From the NCBI GenBank assembly GCA_049903315.1, contig JBNGBT010000003.1:192001-256000 (forward strand): 64,000 bases of DNA, read 5' to 3'. Below, in pieces: positions 1-10,074 of this stretch. How positions within the stretch are numbered: position 1 is the first letter of the stretch; each line of letters starts with the position of its first letter. The position numbers and the translations under genes are program-made. Below the pieces are notes generated by a model. It did no database searches. It was given only the letters and a program-made list of their open reading frames with translations, and had not been told where the DNA came from. This DNA comes from Candidatus Cloacimonadota bacterium (GTDB lineage Bacteria; Cloacimonadota; Cloacimonadia; JGIOTU-2).

Positions 1-964
1 CTCCGGTAGCAATGGAAAGTCCGACGTTCGTCGAAGAAGTGGACTGGCCAAAACCTCCGAATATTCCCGGAATAATACCTCCCAGACCATCAGCAAGAAT
101 TCCTTTTGAGATGGATTTCATTTCAGGACGTTTCCAATTTGCATCATTAATTTTCTGACACGTGGTAAGATCACCTACTGTTTTCAGTGCCGAGCAAAGT
201 GCTGCAATGACAAATGGTACGAGTAACCTGGCGTCAAAAGCCCATGATAGACTTTTAAGATAGGGGGCATCAATAATCCTGGAATGCATTATTTTGTGAA
301 AATCTGCTTCTGTGAACAAGCCGAATATATAGGCAAGTATATAACCTGAAATCATTCCTATCAGACAGCTATAAAGGCGAAGTTTTCCTTTGCCGAAAAC
401 ATTCAATCCTATCATTAAAAGGAGGACAGAAATTCCTACAATCAATTCCGAAGATGTGATAATAGTATCTGTATCACTCAATCCGACAAAGCTTTTTATC
501 GAAATGGGAATGATCGTGATACCGACCATTGCCACGATAGTTCCTGTTACTTCGGATGGGAACAGAACTCTGAGCTTGTGCATGAATCTTGAAAAGATGG
601 ATTCTGCGACTCCAACAAAAGCAGTCATCCCAAACAGAACAGGTAAACCGCCACCCGATATTGCCATGAACGATGCCTGCAGATAGGAAGGACCGCACAC
701 AGATGGACACAGATAGCCTGAGCCAACAGGTCCTTTTTTTAGCGCTTGGAGAATTGTCACAATACCACTGGAGATCATTGTGATGCTTATAAAACCACTG
801 GCTGTGCGCGGATCGATATTTGTTCCAAAATAATTTACAATCATCACAGGGAATATCATCGCGATGAAAATAACAAAAACGTGCTGCAATCCGAGAAAGA
901 ATGTGACCGAAAGTGGCGGTTTGTCATTCACGCCATAAATTAGGTTGGCTGGTTTTTGTATCAT
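1..964 (-). CDS. NCS2 (xanthine/uracil/ascorbate) family permease; 3' end runs off the window
   Basis: Not in the ORF track because there is no stop in the window. Read by hand from ATG at 964: MIQKPANLIYGVNDKPPLSVTFFLGLQHVFVIF..., with the TM1 QH motif. Near the edge, ADGLGGIIPGIFGGFGQSTSSTNVGLSIATG matches the NCS2 N-x-G-x4-T-G signature. Confidence 0.88.
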   Translation of the reverse strand, partial: MIQKPANLIYGVNDKPPLSVTFFLGLQHVFVIFIAMIFPVMIVNYFGTNIDPRTASGFISITMISSGIVTILQALKKGPVGSGYLCPSVCGPSYLQASFMAISGGGLPVLFGMTAFVGVAESIFSRFMHKLRVLFPSEVTGTIVAMVGITIIPISIKSFVGLSDTDTIITSSELIVGISVLLLMIGLNVFGKGKLRLYSCLIGMISGYILAYIFGLFTEADFHKIMHSRIIDAPYLKSLSWAFDARLLVPFVIAALCSALKTVGDLTTCQKINDANWKRPEMKSISKGILADGLGGIIPGIFGGFGQSTSSTNVGLSIATG

Positions 965-982
965 ATTTTTATTTTTCCTCGA

Positions 983-3919
983 TCATTTGATCAGGTCTGC
1001 TTCGCATTTGACACAGTTTTTTCCAAGTTTCTTGCCCATATAAAGAGCCTGATCTGCCTGGTTTATAGTTTCGTCAATAGTTTTGTTTTCTTGATAAATG
1101 CTTAAACCCATTGTTATTGAAACATGAATATTCTTCCCAAGGAAATCAAATTCCTTGGATTTCACTTTCACTCGAATCTTTTCTGCAAGGATGAGTCCTC
1201 CATCAATGTCTGTTTGTGGAAGAAGAAGGAGAAACTCTTCTCCACCCCACCTTGAAACTGTGTCCTGTTTTCTCACATTCATGCACATAATATTTGCAAG
1301 AGTTTTCAATACTTCATCCCCGGTATCATGCCCGAACCGGTCATTAATGGATTTGAAATCGTCAATATCACAAATTATGATTGCAAAAGGTTTTTCGCTT
1401 CTTCCAAAGCGGCGTTTTTCATATTTTATCTTTTCCATGATATCCCGGCGATTTGAAAGCTGGGTAAGAGGGTCGGTTCTTGCGAGAAGTTCGAGTTTCT
1501 TATTTGCATCCTTTAATTTGTCTTCTGCAAGTTTTCTTTCTGCGATTCTGCCCAGTTGATCTGAGACTGCATGAAGCAGATGTGATTCTTCTTTTGAAAA
1601 AGGTCCGATGAAATCTTCTGGACGCGATTCAAGGTATCCTACCTCTATTGAACCGAGCACTTTATTGTATGAAACAATATCCTCGCTGATATGCCAATCG
1701 GTTGATTTATAATTTTCTGAAGTAAATATTTCATTATTCCAGGTTATTTTGACATAGGTGATTTCAGGATATATCCATGCTTGTGCAATGATCTCAAGAC
1801 TATTTTTGAGAACCATTTCCATTGAAATTTCAGGATCTTCAACAATATCCGAAATTTTATAGAGGCAGTTCAGTTCTTTTACTCGTTCGTTGAGTTCTTG
1901 AGTTCTCTGTCGAAGTGCATCTTCAGCAAATTTCCTGCTGGTTATATCTCTTGCAACTGCCTGAAATCCTATTATATTTCCACCTTCTAATAACAATGAG
2001 GTATTTTGTCCCAACCATGAATCTTTGCCCGTAAGTGTTACGATCTCGAATTCATGATATGTATTCATGGTTTTATCAAAGAATTGATGCTGATAAAAAT
2101 GTTTTAACTTTGCCCGATTCTTTTTTGTTACAATGTCAAGGCTGCTCCTTCCAACAATCTTATCTGCAGGCATGCCAAAGAATTTTTCTCCAACTGCATT
2201 TACATATGTAATATTTCCTTTTACATCCATACGATATATGATATCATTGGCATTCTCGACGAGTTCTCTATAACGTTCTTCACTCTTTCTAAGAGCTTCC
2301 TCAGCAATTTTTCTGTCTGAGATATTTCTATAAATACCATAAACCGCAAGCTGCCCGCCCTCAAAAATAATCGGTGTACCAAGAATCGACACATCTACTG
2401 GAGTGCCGTTCTTGTGCCAGCGAACTGTGTCAAAAGCAACTGTTTCACCATGTGCGATTTTATCGGTTACGTCTTTTGCTTCATCTCTGTATTCGCCGCG
2501 TGTAAGAAGCGTGTCGATTTTTTTGTATCTTGCTTCATCGATAGTATAGCCGAAAGTCCGCGTGAATTGCGCGTTCATCCTGAGAATACGGCTTTCGTTA
2601 TCAATGAGCACGATTGCTTCCGGGGCGTTTTCAAAAAGCTGTTCAAAATATGCGCGCTCGATCCGTTGGGCATCCTCTGCCCGTTTGTGTGAAATGGCTA
2701 TTGCAAGCTGTTCAGAAACGAATTCCAAAATTTCAAGATCATCCTTTGTATACAGGTTTTCATCTTCATAACTTTGAACAGCTACGACACCAATAACTTG
2801 TTTCTCTATCCTTAAAGGAACCCCAAGCCATATTTTTGATGGAGATCCCACACTCTCGATCAAGCCCTTTTTTGTCATTTTTATATTGAGTTTCTCATCA
2901 ACGAGAAGTGGTTTATTATGTTTGATCACATAGCCAGTGAGAGTTTTTCCAGCCGGGAAAGAGGTGAATTTATCTTCTTCGTCAATAATGTAGGGAAGAG
3001 AGATGGTGTCACTTGCTTTATCATATAGTGCGACATAGAAATTTGTTGTATCAATTATTTCGCCCAAATGTTTCTGTATAGATTGAAAAAGCTCTTGGAT
3101 ACTCTCTGTAGCATTCACTGCATTTGAGATGTTATAAAGTGCATTCTGAATGCGTTGTGCCTTATCTATTATTGTGATGTCCCTGAATGCAAGTACCAAT
3201 CCCGCTGTCTCTCCGGTCGTTTTAACAGTTGGGGAGATGCTTCCTTCAATTATTTTTTCCGATTCATTTCTGGTGATAAGAGTAGAAGAAGGTATTTTTG
3301 TTAATTTTTTGATATGTGAAGGATTATCTATGAGTTTGCATGTTTCTTTAGTTGTGTCGATACATGTTATTCGAAAAACTGAATTCAGGGGCTGCCCTTT
3401 CACCTCTTCAGACCATCCGGTAATCACTTTTGCTATATCGTTGATATACAGGATATTCCCTTTTTTGTCAGTTGTGATAATGCCGTCACTAATACTCTGG
3501 AGCGTGGTTTGAAGAAGCCGTTCATTCTCCCGGATTTTCTGTTCAAGAGCGTACCGTTCAAGTGCTATTTCGATGCCAGCTAAAAGTTCTTTTTTCTGAA
3601 AGGGTTTTATTATATATCCATATGGAGCAGTTTCTTTTGCGCGCTTGAGGGTTTCGTTATCAGAGTAGGATGTTGCAAAGATTATCGGCACTTTTATTTC
3701 ATCTAAAATTTTAGCTGCTGTTTGAATGCCGTTAATATCGCCCCCCAGAACAATGTCCATCAAAATCACGTCAGGTTTTTTTTCGGTAGCTTCAATGAGT
3801 GCTTTTTCTCCCGAAGTGCATATGCCCACGACATTATAATCTAATCCTCTCAACATAGCTTCAGTATTTTTAGCGACAATTATCTCATCTTCCACTATGA
3901 GAACATTAGTTTTTGTCAT
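983..3919 (-). CDS. Diguanylate cyclase: REC-PAS-GAF-PAS-PAS-(short GAF-like)-GGDEF
   Basis: N-terminal receiver (VEDE, DVILMDI, YIIKP), PAS linkers (RDIT, RNISDRK), GAF (IWLGVPL...VAVQSY). C-terminus has TDPLTQLSNRR, DIDDFKSIND and RKQD...RWGGEEF, so active site and RxxD I-site are intact. No TM segments. Confidence 0.93.
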   Translation of the reverse strand: MTKTNVLIVEDEIIVAKNTEAMLRGLDYNVVGICTSGEKALIEATEKKPDVILMDIVLGGDINGIQTAAKILDEIKVPIIFATSYSDNETLKRAKETAPYGYIIKPFQKKELLAGIEIALERYALEQKIRENERLLQTTLQSISDGIITTDKKGNILYINDIAKVITGWSEEVKGQPLNSVFRITCIDTTKETCKLIDNPSHIKKLTKIPSSTLITRNESEKIIEGSISPTVKTTGETAGLVLAFRDITIIDKAQRIQNALYNISNAVNATESIQELFQSIQKHLGEIIDTTNFYVALYDKASDTISLPYIIDEEDKFTSFPAGKTLTGYVIKHNKPLLVDEKLNIKMTKKGLIESVGSPSKIWLGVPLRIEKQVIGVVAVQSYEDENLYTKDDLEILEFVSEQLAIAISHKRAEDAQRIERAYFEQLFENAPEAIVLIDNESRILRMNAQFTRTFGYTIDEARYKKIDTLLTRGEYRDEAKDVTDKIAHGETVAFDTVRWHKNGTPVDVSILGTPIIFEGGQLAVYGIYRNISDRKIAEEALRKSEERYRELVENANDIIYRMDVKGNITYVNAVGEKFFGMPADKIVGRSSLDIVTKKNRAKLKHFYQHQFFDKTMNTYHEFEIVTLTGKDSWLGQNTSLLLEGGNIIGFQAVARDITSRKFAEDALRQRTQELNERVKELNCLYKISDIVEDPEISMEMVLKNSLEIIAQAWIYPEITYVKITWNNEIFTSENYKSTDWHISEDIVSYNKVLGSIEVGYLESRPEDFIGPFSKEESHLLHAVSDQLGRIAERKLAEDKLKDANKKLELLARTDPLTQLSNRRDIMEKIKYEKRRFGRSEKPFAIIICDIDDFKSINDRFGHDTGDEVLKTLANIMCMNVRKQDTVSRWGGEEFLLLLPQTDIDGGLILAEKIRVKVKSKEFDFLGKNIHVSITMGLSIYQENKTIDETINQADQALYMGKKLGKNCVKCEADLIK

Positions 3920-3963
3920 GTGCACTCTTTTCTAATTATTATCTGATATTAAAGCAGATTATG

Positions 3964-5229
3964 TTATTTCAGTAACATCACATAGATGATACCAAAGTAC
4001 TGGTCTGGTGAAAAAACAGGTTCCAAAATGAATATTGCACTGTCTCCTTCGAGAAGATTTTTTTCAAAAACAGCAGATTCCTTATTCTCTACTGCACTGA
4101 TAAATTTTTGATATTGTTCATTTATGCCGTCGCGCGTCTCACGATAATTATAATTTAAAAGTGAATGCTCAGACGGGAAGCCAAATCGGCTTGTTGCGGA
4201 TGTATCCGTCCATTGGATACTGTAGATGTATGGATACGTCGTGTAAAAATTCTCAAAGCACTTTTTGATGCTTTCTTCATCATTCTCAGAAAGGGCTGTG
4301 AGTAATTCGTTCCGCAGGACGAAATCCTTTAGATTCTTCTGGATATATTTTATGGATTCTTTTGATTCTTTTGGTGCTTCTGCACCGGATAAAACCGAAG
4401 TAAGCACCAGTTTCCATTGAATATCATACAAGCCGACAGTTTCCCAGAAGCACTGTTTTTCTACGGGTTCGGTCATAGTGTCGGAAAGGAATGTATATGA
4501 ACCAAAACCAGTTTTATTATCAATAATTTCTTGTCCGAGTATGCGAAGATTTTCATAGGGTTTATACATCTCATCTGTAAAAAGATTTCTTCCGATCTCT
4601 TCTTCATTGCGATCGTAGAGGATAATGCCGTCCTTTTGCATAACCCAGATGTTCACAGGGACACCTTTGATGATAGGTTTGATTATGTCGGGGAACATGT
4701 GCTCAGGGCGTATCAGCATACTGAGTGAACCAATGAAGGTGTTATCTTTAGAGAAAATTGGATATTGGATATCAACTGCCTGAAATCCCTCGACAGCCAG
4801 GAAGGCATTACTCATCACAGGCATATGCGTTTGGTGTATTTTTTGCACCTGTGCCTGATCCTTGATATCATGCCCTTCAAATGACCTGAATTCCTCCGGT
4901 TCGACCACGATCATGATGCCGTTTGTGTCTACAATACAGCAATCAAAAATAAAAGAATGGCGTGCAGGAAGCCCTTTTAAAATATTTCGAACTGAATCAC
5001 TTGTCAGATCGTATTGAGAGATTTGATTGGCTGCATGAGAAAAATCTTTATCGGCATGCGTCAATTCGGATTGCACACTCTCTGTTACTTTTCTCAGCAC
5101 GATAGAGCGAGCTTTTTCTGAGGGTGACATCACTTGCCGCGGACGAAGGACTTGTTTTAAAATTACTACTGATACCACGATTACAGCAAGTACAATAATA
5201 AAGGGGAGTATTTTTTTCAAATTAATCAC
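3964..5229 (-). CDS. Membrane-anchored extracytoplasmic Cache (dCache-like) domain protein with no output domain
   Basis: Single N-terminal hydrophobic anchor; Cache-like segments (VDTNG, PVMSNAFLAVEG, IWVMQKDGIILYD, EIGRNLF); no second TM, HAMP or kinase domain. Confidence 0.7.
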   Translation of the reverse strand: MINLKKILPFIIVLAVIVVSVVILKQVLRPRQVMSPSEKARSIVLRKVTESVQSELTHADKDFSHAANQISQYDLTSDSVRNILKGLPARHSFIFDCCIVDTNGIMIVVEPEEFRSFEGHDIKDQAQVQKIHQTHMPVMSNAFLAVEGFQAVDIQYPIFSKDNTFIGSLSMLIRPEHMFPDIIKPIIKGVPVNIWVMQKDGIILYDRNEEEIGRNLFTDEMYKPYENLRILGQEIIDNKTGFGSYTFLSDTMTEPVEKQCFWETVGLYDIQWKLVLTSVLSGAEAPKESKESIKYIQKNLKDFVLRNELLTALSENDEESIKKCFENFYTTYPYIYSIQWTDTSATSRFGFPSEHSLLNYNYRETRDGINEQYQKFISAVENKESAVFEKNLLEGDSAIFILEPVFSPDQYFGIIYVMLLK

Positions 5230-6117
5230 TTATTTAGGAGGATAGTAGCCGCAGCCAACGACAAGGATTTCTCCATCAACAAGTGCTTTTTTCACAAATA
5301 CACGTTTCAGGGAAGGTTCTTCCTGTCCGGGTTTGGGCCACATATATTCATTCCAGCACTGATCTCTGTTCTTGATGATTTCAAGTTCTTTTTTTACAAA
5401 AAGCTGTCCATCAGCATCTTTAAGTTCCATAATGTTTGTGCCTTCAAGTTCGGGAAATGCAGCATTGAAGAGTTCGTTTCCTTTCATATCCTTAATAAAA
5501 ATATAGCAATTTATGAATCTGTAGGGTCCTGAAACAGCTCTTAGCTCGTCAAAAGCATCTTTGCCCTTTTTTGTAAGGAGTTTAGCTGCCTGATCTACAT
5601 TATATATCACAAAAACTTTATCAACCGGCATTTCATATAAGCCGCTGCCCACGAGATATGCTTTGCCGGAGGGTGTGACTGCCTTTTTCAAAAAGGTGCT
5701 TTTCCAGATAGGAACTTCGCTGTCTGGTTTGGGCCACTCGTAATGAACCCATCCCTCACCTGTTTCACCGGATACTGCTTCCACAAATAATGTTCCTATC
5801 GGTTTTCCGTTGATGTCTTTGAGGTCAAGCATGTTCTTTCCTTCACCGGATATGTCCGGAGGATATACATAGCGCATACCGTCCAGCCCCCACACGAAGA
5901 TATACAGATCGTCATGATACCATTCGCTGCCCTCTATTCTGAACTGTGGGAATGCTTCCTCCCCATATTCTCCTATCAGGTCAACAGCTCTATTCACAAA
6001 GGATACGAGATCTTTTGTCTTGTTATAGTCATATTGAGGTGTGGTGCTTGTACATGCAAATAACAAAATAAAAGAAATGCAGAGAATGAAAGAAAGAAAA
6101 TACGTAATCTTTTTCAT
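5230..6117 (-). CDS. Lipoprotein with tandem single-Cache (sCache_2-like) domains
   Basis: Lipobox-like LLFAC. Two similar halves: YIFVW...EGKNMLDLKDING...GWVHYEWPKP...VGSGLY and YIFIK...EGTNIMELKDADG...WNEYMWPKP...VGCGYY. Confidence 0.8.
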   Translation of the reverse strand: MKKITYFLSFILCISFILLFACTSTTPQYDYNKTKDLVSFVNRAVDLIGEYGEEAFPQFRIEGSEWYHDDLYIFVWGLDGMRYVYPPDISGEGKNMLDLKDINGKPIGTLFVEAVSGETGEGWVHYEWPKPDSEVPIWKSTFLKKAVTPSGKAYLVGSGLYEMPVDKVFVIYNVDQAAKLLTKKGKDAFDELRAVSGPYRFINCYIFIKDMKGNELFNAAFPELEGTNIMELKDADGQLFVKKELEIIKNRDQCWNEYMWPKPGQEEPSLKRVFVKKALVDGEILVVGCGYYPPK

Positions 6118-6254
6118 ATGCACTCCATAGTATGTAGTTTTTGCACACAGTCTGATTAGGAAAATATGTCAAGAATTTTAGATATAATACCACATACTAA
6201 TCGAGGATATCACTTTTTAAATGATTAATCTGCTAATACTCTTTTAACACCTAA

Positions 6255-7376
6255 TTACTTTTGAGGAGTAATGTCTTCAATATCTTGTTTTTTAGGGGAG
6301 TCAAGCGATATGTGAATAATATTATTGCCAATGTCTGAAAAATCTATCTTATCAAGGTATAAAGAGCGTACTCGTCTGTTATGTTGTGTGTGATAATTAA
6401 GCACATGATCAGTAAGATCCCATGCCGTAGTCCAAATCGTAGAACTCCGCATACCTTCCATGTCGCTCGAAGTATCGAAGCCCTCAGCAGCGCCAAGAGG
6501 TAAATTAAAGTTATCAAGAATTCTAAATACTTCATACACAGTTTCTGCTGAAGTCGGAGTAGGTCTGGAAGTTCCTGTCCAGGCAACTGCACGAACAAAT
6601 CGCGAAGGAGGAGTATTATCGCCGGGCAACCCGAGCATTCCGCTGCCTGCGCCCATAGGTGCGAAGTCAAGTCCATCGATTTTTTTATCTGGATATGGGG
6701 CAGCAGAAAGATTTATATAATTTCGTAAATTGGTCATATGCCAATCGTAAGTAGGTCCGTTTGTAATAACTCCTAAGGGATTATCGAAGATTTTCATCTC
6801 ACCATTAGCGAACTCAATAACAATGGAATTACCTTCTGAGTCGGTCACCATCCAATGAGCATAAACAGGGATCCCGATTTCTTCTTGTACAACAGGGACA
6901 ACCCGCACTGTTCTCATGCCTTCTCTCACTTCTGCAATAGTTGAAAACTGCGAAAGTATATAATTTGTCACATCAAGTGCTGTGATACTGATGTCTGCTT
7001 TATCATTTTCATAGCTTGGGTAGCATGCAAATCCTACATGATAGAACAGCCCGGCAGCCAATCCTCTCTCGTTCATGCCGTCAGCAATGAAATCCTGACC
7101 AAGCATATCGAGACCGACAACACCATATTTTGCTTTCCATTTCTTGCCGTTCTCGCCATCCGGAGTCAAGCCCGTGAAAGAATATCCGCGAGGAATAATG
7201 GTAACCCGGGATTGCAGGTCAAATTTTCCCCATTCCATTGTGCGACCGTACACAACACCATTGTCCGTTGCGATCAATCTGATTCCTGTACACGCATAAA
7301 CGGAATGAGTGAGGGTTCCAAATACAAGCAGCAATCCTATGAAAATAGGGATGAGCGTTTTTTTATTCAGTTTCAT
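6255..7376 (-). CDS. Secreted choloylglycine hydrolase / penicillin V acylase family Ntn-hydrolase
   Basis: Signal peptide ending VYA followed by nucleophile Cys (CTGI); motifs GRTMEW, DGMNERGL, GVITNGP and LPGDNTPPSRFVRA. Confidence 0.9.
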   Translation of the reverse strand: MKLNKKTLIPIFIGLLLVFGTLTHSVYACTGIRLIATDNGVVYGRTMEWGKFDLQSRVTIIPRGYSFTGLTPDGENGKKWKAKYGVVGLDMLGQDFIADGMNERGLAAGLFYHVGFACYPSYENDKADISITALDVTNYILSQFSTIAEVREGMRTVRVVPVVQEEIGIPVYAHWMVTDSEGNSIVIEFANGEMKIFDNPLGVITNGPTYDWHMTNLRNYINLSAAPYPDKKIDGLDFAPMGAGSGMLGLPGDNTPPSRFVRAVAWTGTSRPTPTSAETVYEVFRILDNFNLPLGAAEGFDTSSDMEGMRSSTIWTTAWDLTDHVLNYHTQHNRRVRSLYLDKIDFSDIGNNIIHISLDSPKKQDIEDITPQK

Positions 7377-7547
7377 TTTTTATCTCCTTCTATTTTGAAT
7401 TAGTGTGATGAACCAGGATATTTCCGAATTGTTCGTTATTTTCATTTATTGTAAAAAGGAAATTCTATCCCGTATGTGTCAAATATTTCCCTTTTTATAT
7501 CTAAGCAATTGAGAGTGATAAATTAGCTATGTCTGGGATGCGCTCAT

Positions 7548-9176
7548 TTACCCACGCTTTCCATACGCCTGTTTCTTGTTTTTACCCTCTTTTTTTTTCT
7601 TCGCATGAGTGATCAGAGGTTTTTTATCTCTTCCTCTGAAATTCATTATGATCTTCTCTGCTTTATCAAAGGGAACGGTTATAAATGAGAAGTTGTCCAT
7701 AACCTGCACATCTCTGATATCTTTGCCCTTGATGGAGACTTTACTCGTCACAAGATCGACAAGTTTTCTCGCATCCAACCTATCTTTTTTGCCCAATGCG
7801 ACAAAAAGCCGTGCTTTACCCTGCCCATCAAGCTGCCTTCCTTTGCCGCTGACCTCTTCTATCTCATTATACGCATCAGGATTGAGTTCTTCTTCAAAAG
7901 AATAATGGAGTAATGCTGCCAGTATTTCAGTCTGATTATGATCTCCAAGCAATTCCTTTGCCCATGCATAAAATTTTGTGTCGACCTTTTGCTCAAGGAC
8001 AGATTTCAGATCTTCATCGATCTTGTTCTTCTTCGCAGCGATAATATCTTTCACGACAGGAACTTTTGATTTTTTAATATCAGTCTTTGCTGCTTTTTGT
8101 ATGAACATCATGCGCTTATATTCGCTGGGAGTAATAAAGGTTATAGCCGTGCCCTCATTCCCCGCTCTTCCTGTGCGTCCTATCCGGTGAACATAGGAGT
8201 CCGGATCCTCGGGGAGAGAATAATTTATCACATGTGAAAGGTTGACCACATCGATTCCACGTGCTGCCACATCTGTTGCAACAAGGATATTGGCTTTTTG
8301 CTTCTTGAATTTTTCCAGAGTTTTTTCTCGTTGAGCTTGCGTGATATCTCCATGAATTGCTTCTACATCATACCCTCTATCATTGAGATGGGCTGCAAGA
8401 TTATTCACATCATTCTTTGTTCGGCAGAAGATCAGCCCGTAAAAACCGTCTTCGATGTCGATTATCCTGCAGAGAGCTTCAAATTTATCTGATGCTTTTA
8501 CCTCGAAGTATATCTGCTCTGTCAGGGCATTTATCAATTGCTCTTTTTTCACCGTAAGAAACTCATAACCTTTCATGTATTTGTGAGCAAGGTCCTTTAT
8601 TCTTTTTGGAATCGTTGCAGAAAACAGGAGCGTTCTTTTGTTGGGATTTGTATGCTTCATGATCTCTTCCATATCGTCGACGAATCCCATGTTGAGCATT
8701 TCATCTGCTTCATCAAGGATCAGGTGCTCGATTTCTCCGATCTTCAGCGTTTTTCTGTTAAGATGATCGATGATTCTGCCAGGAGTTCCTACGACTATAT
8801 GCACACCCTTTTTCAGTCTGCGCAGTTGCTGATCAATTGATTGGCCGCCGTAAATCGGCACTATTATGAGATTCTTGTCACCCTTGAGCGAATTAATCTC
8901 TTCCGCTACCTGAATAGCAAGTTCCCGAGTTGGAGTCAGAATGAGTGCCTGGACTGTATTCGAATCCTGGTTGATCATTTCTATCAACGGCAATCCGAAA
9001 GCCGCTGTTTTGCCGGTGCCTGTTTGTGCTTGAGCGATGATGTTCGTGTCATCTCTAAGCATGATGGGAATCGTTATGATCTGAATTGCAGTTGGTTCCT
9101 CAAATCCCTTTTTATTTATTGCCTCGAGCACTTTTGCCGAAAGCCCGAGATCGCTGAATGATTTTTTGTTTTCCAT
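7548..9176 (-). CDS. DEAD-box RNA helicase (DeaD/CshA-like) with C-terminal DbpA-type RNA-binding domain
   Basis: AQTGTGKT, PTRELA, TPGR, DEAD, SAT, ARGID and HRIGRTGRAG motifs. Start moved to MENKK at 9176. Confidence 0.95.
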   Translation of the reverse strand: MENKKSFSDLGLSAKVLEAINKKGFEEPTAIQIITIPIMLRDDTNIIAQAQTGTGKTAAFGLPLIEMINQDSNTVQALILTPTRELAIQVAEEINSLKGDKNLIIVPIYGGQSIDQQLRRLKKGVHIVVGTPGRIIDHLNRKTLKIGEIEHLILDEADEMLNMGFVDDMEEIMKHTNPNKRTLLFSATIPKRIKDLAHKYMKGYEFLTVKKEQLINALTEQIYFEVKASDKFEALCRIIDIEDGFYGLIFCRTKNDVNNLAAHLNDRGYDVEAIHGDITQAQREKTLEKFKKQKANILVATDVAARGIDVVNLSHVINYSLPEDPDSYVHRIGRTGRAGNEGTAITFITPSEYKRMMFIQKAAKTDIKKSKVPVVKDIIAAKKNKIDEDLKSVLEQKVDTKFYAWAKELLGDHNQTEILAALLHYSFEEELNPDAYNEIEEVSGKGRQLDGQGKARLFVALGKKDRLDARKLVDLVTSKVSIKGKDIRDVQVMDNFSFITVPFDKAEKIIMNFRGRDKKPLITHAKKKKEGKNKKQAYGKRG

Positions 9177-9462
9177 ATATTTCTCTTTTTTATTTAAAGC
9201 AGTATGATTGATTATTTCCCATTGTATTTTTTTAATATGTCCATGGTTGATGGTGTTCACCAGCATAGGATAGGGGATACCGCTATTTATGAACCATAAT
9301 TTATGTGCCTATTTTCTTAGGCAATTAATATCTTGTTTAATTTGTGAACGCTACAGTAATTGTACTCATTTACTAATGCATTTTGATATGATCAATTAAT
9401 CAATATTTTCTCGTGCTTGTCACAAGCTCTTTAACGTATGACAAGAGTTTTCACATTTATCT

Positions 9463-10074
9463 TTACTCTTTCAAGCTCTCGACAAGTAGCCGAATTACAA
9501 CCATTCCGGGATCGTCTACCCCAATCGTTTTATTGCCGAATATCCGTGCCCTGCCCTGTTTGCACGGCAATTCTCTAAAATGATCTAAGGTTTGAGTAGC
9601 AGCTTTGTCTACTGTTTCCAATAGTGTATGTTTATTATCAGCATCTTTAAGTGCATCACGAATTCCTGCTAGTTCATCGAGGACTGTCTTATCGCCCAAT
9701 TTGCTTTTTCCTCTTAAAGCCATTTTTTCAATCACAACATCAAGGATATGTGGCAATCTTTCCCATGGAACTTCTGACATATTTTTTGTTTCTTTAGCAG
9801 CAGCCATGAGTCCCGTTGCGAAAAGTGTGGCAAAAGATGAAGCACGGGTACTTGTAAACGCCTGTGCACACATCATGAATGACATGCCCACATCATCAGG
9901 AAATTCAGGAGTTTTAGTCATTATTGCACTAAAGCCATTTTTCATAGTGATGCCTATGTCCCCGTCACCGATAAAATTATCACGCTTGTTCAATTCATCA
10001 GCAGATTTTTCCATCTTATCTGCCATTAATTTGATTGCTGTTATTATGGTCTTTGTAGTGAATCCACTACTCAT
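9463..10074 (-). CDS. dhaL: Dihydroxyacetone kinase subunit L
   Basis: GDGDIG, GDKTVLD, GRA and DPG motifs; ATG at 10074 overlaps the end of dhaK. Confidence 0.88.
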   Translation of the reverse strand: MSSGFTTKTIITAIKLMADKMEKSADELNKRDNFIGDGDIGITMKNGFSAIMTKTPEFPDDVGMSFMMCAQAFTSTRASSFATLFATGLMAAAKETKNMSEVPWERLPHILDVVIEKMALRGKSKLGDKTVLDELAGIRDALKDADNKHTLLETVDKAATQTLDHFRELPCKQGRARIFGNKTIGVDDPGMVVIRLLVESLKE

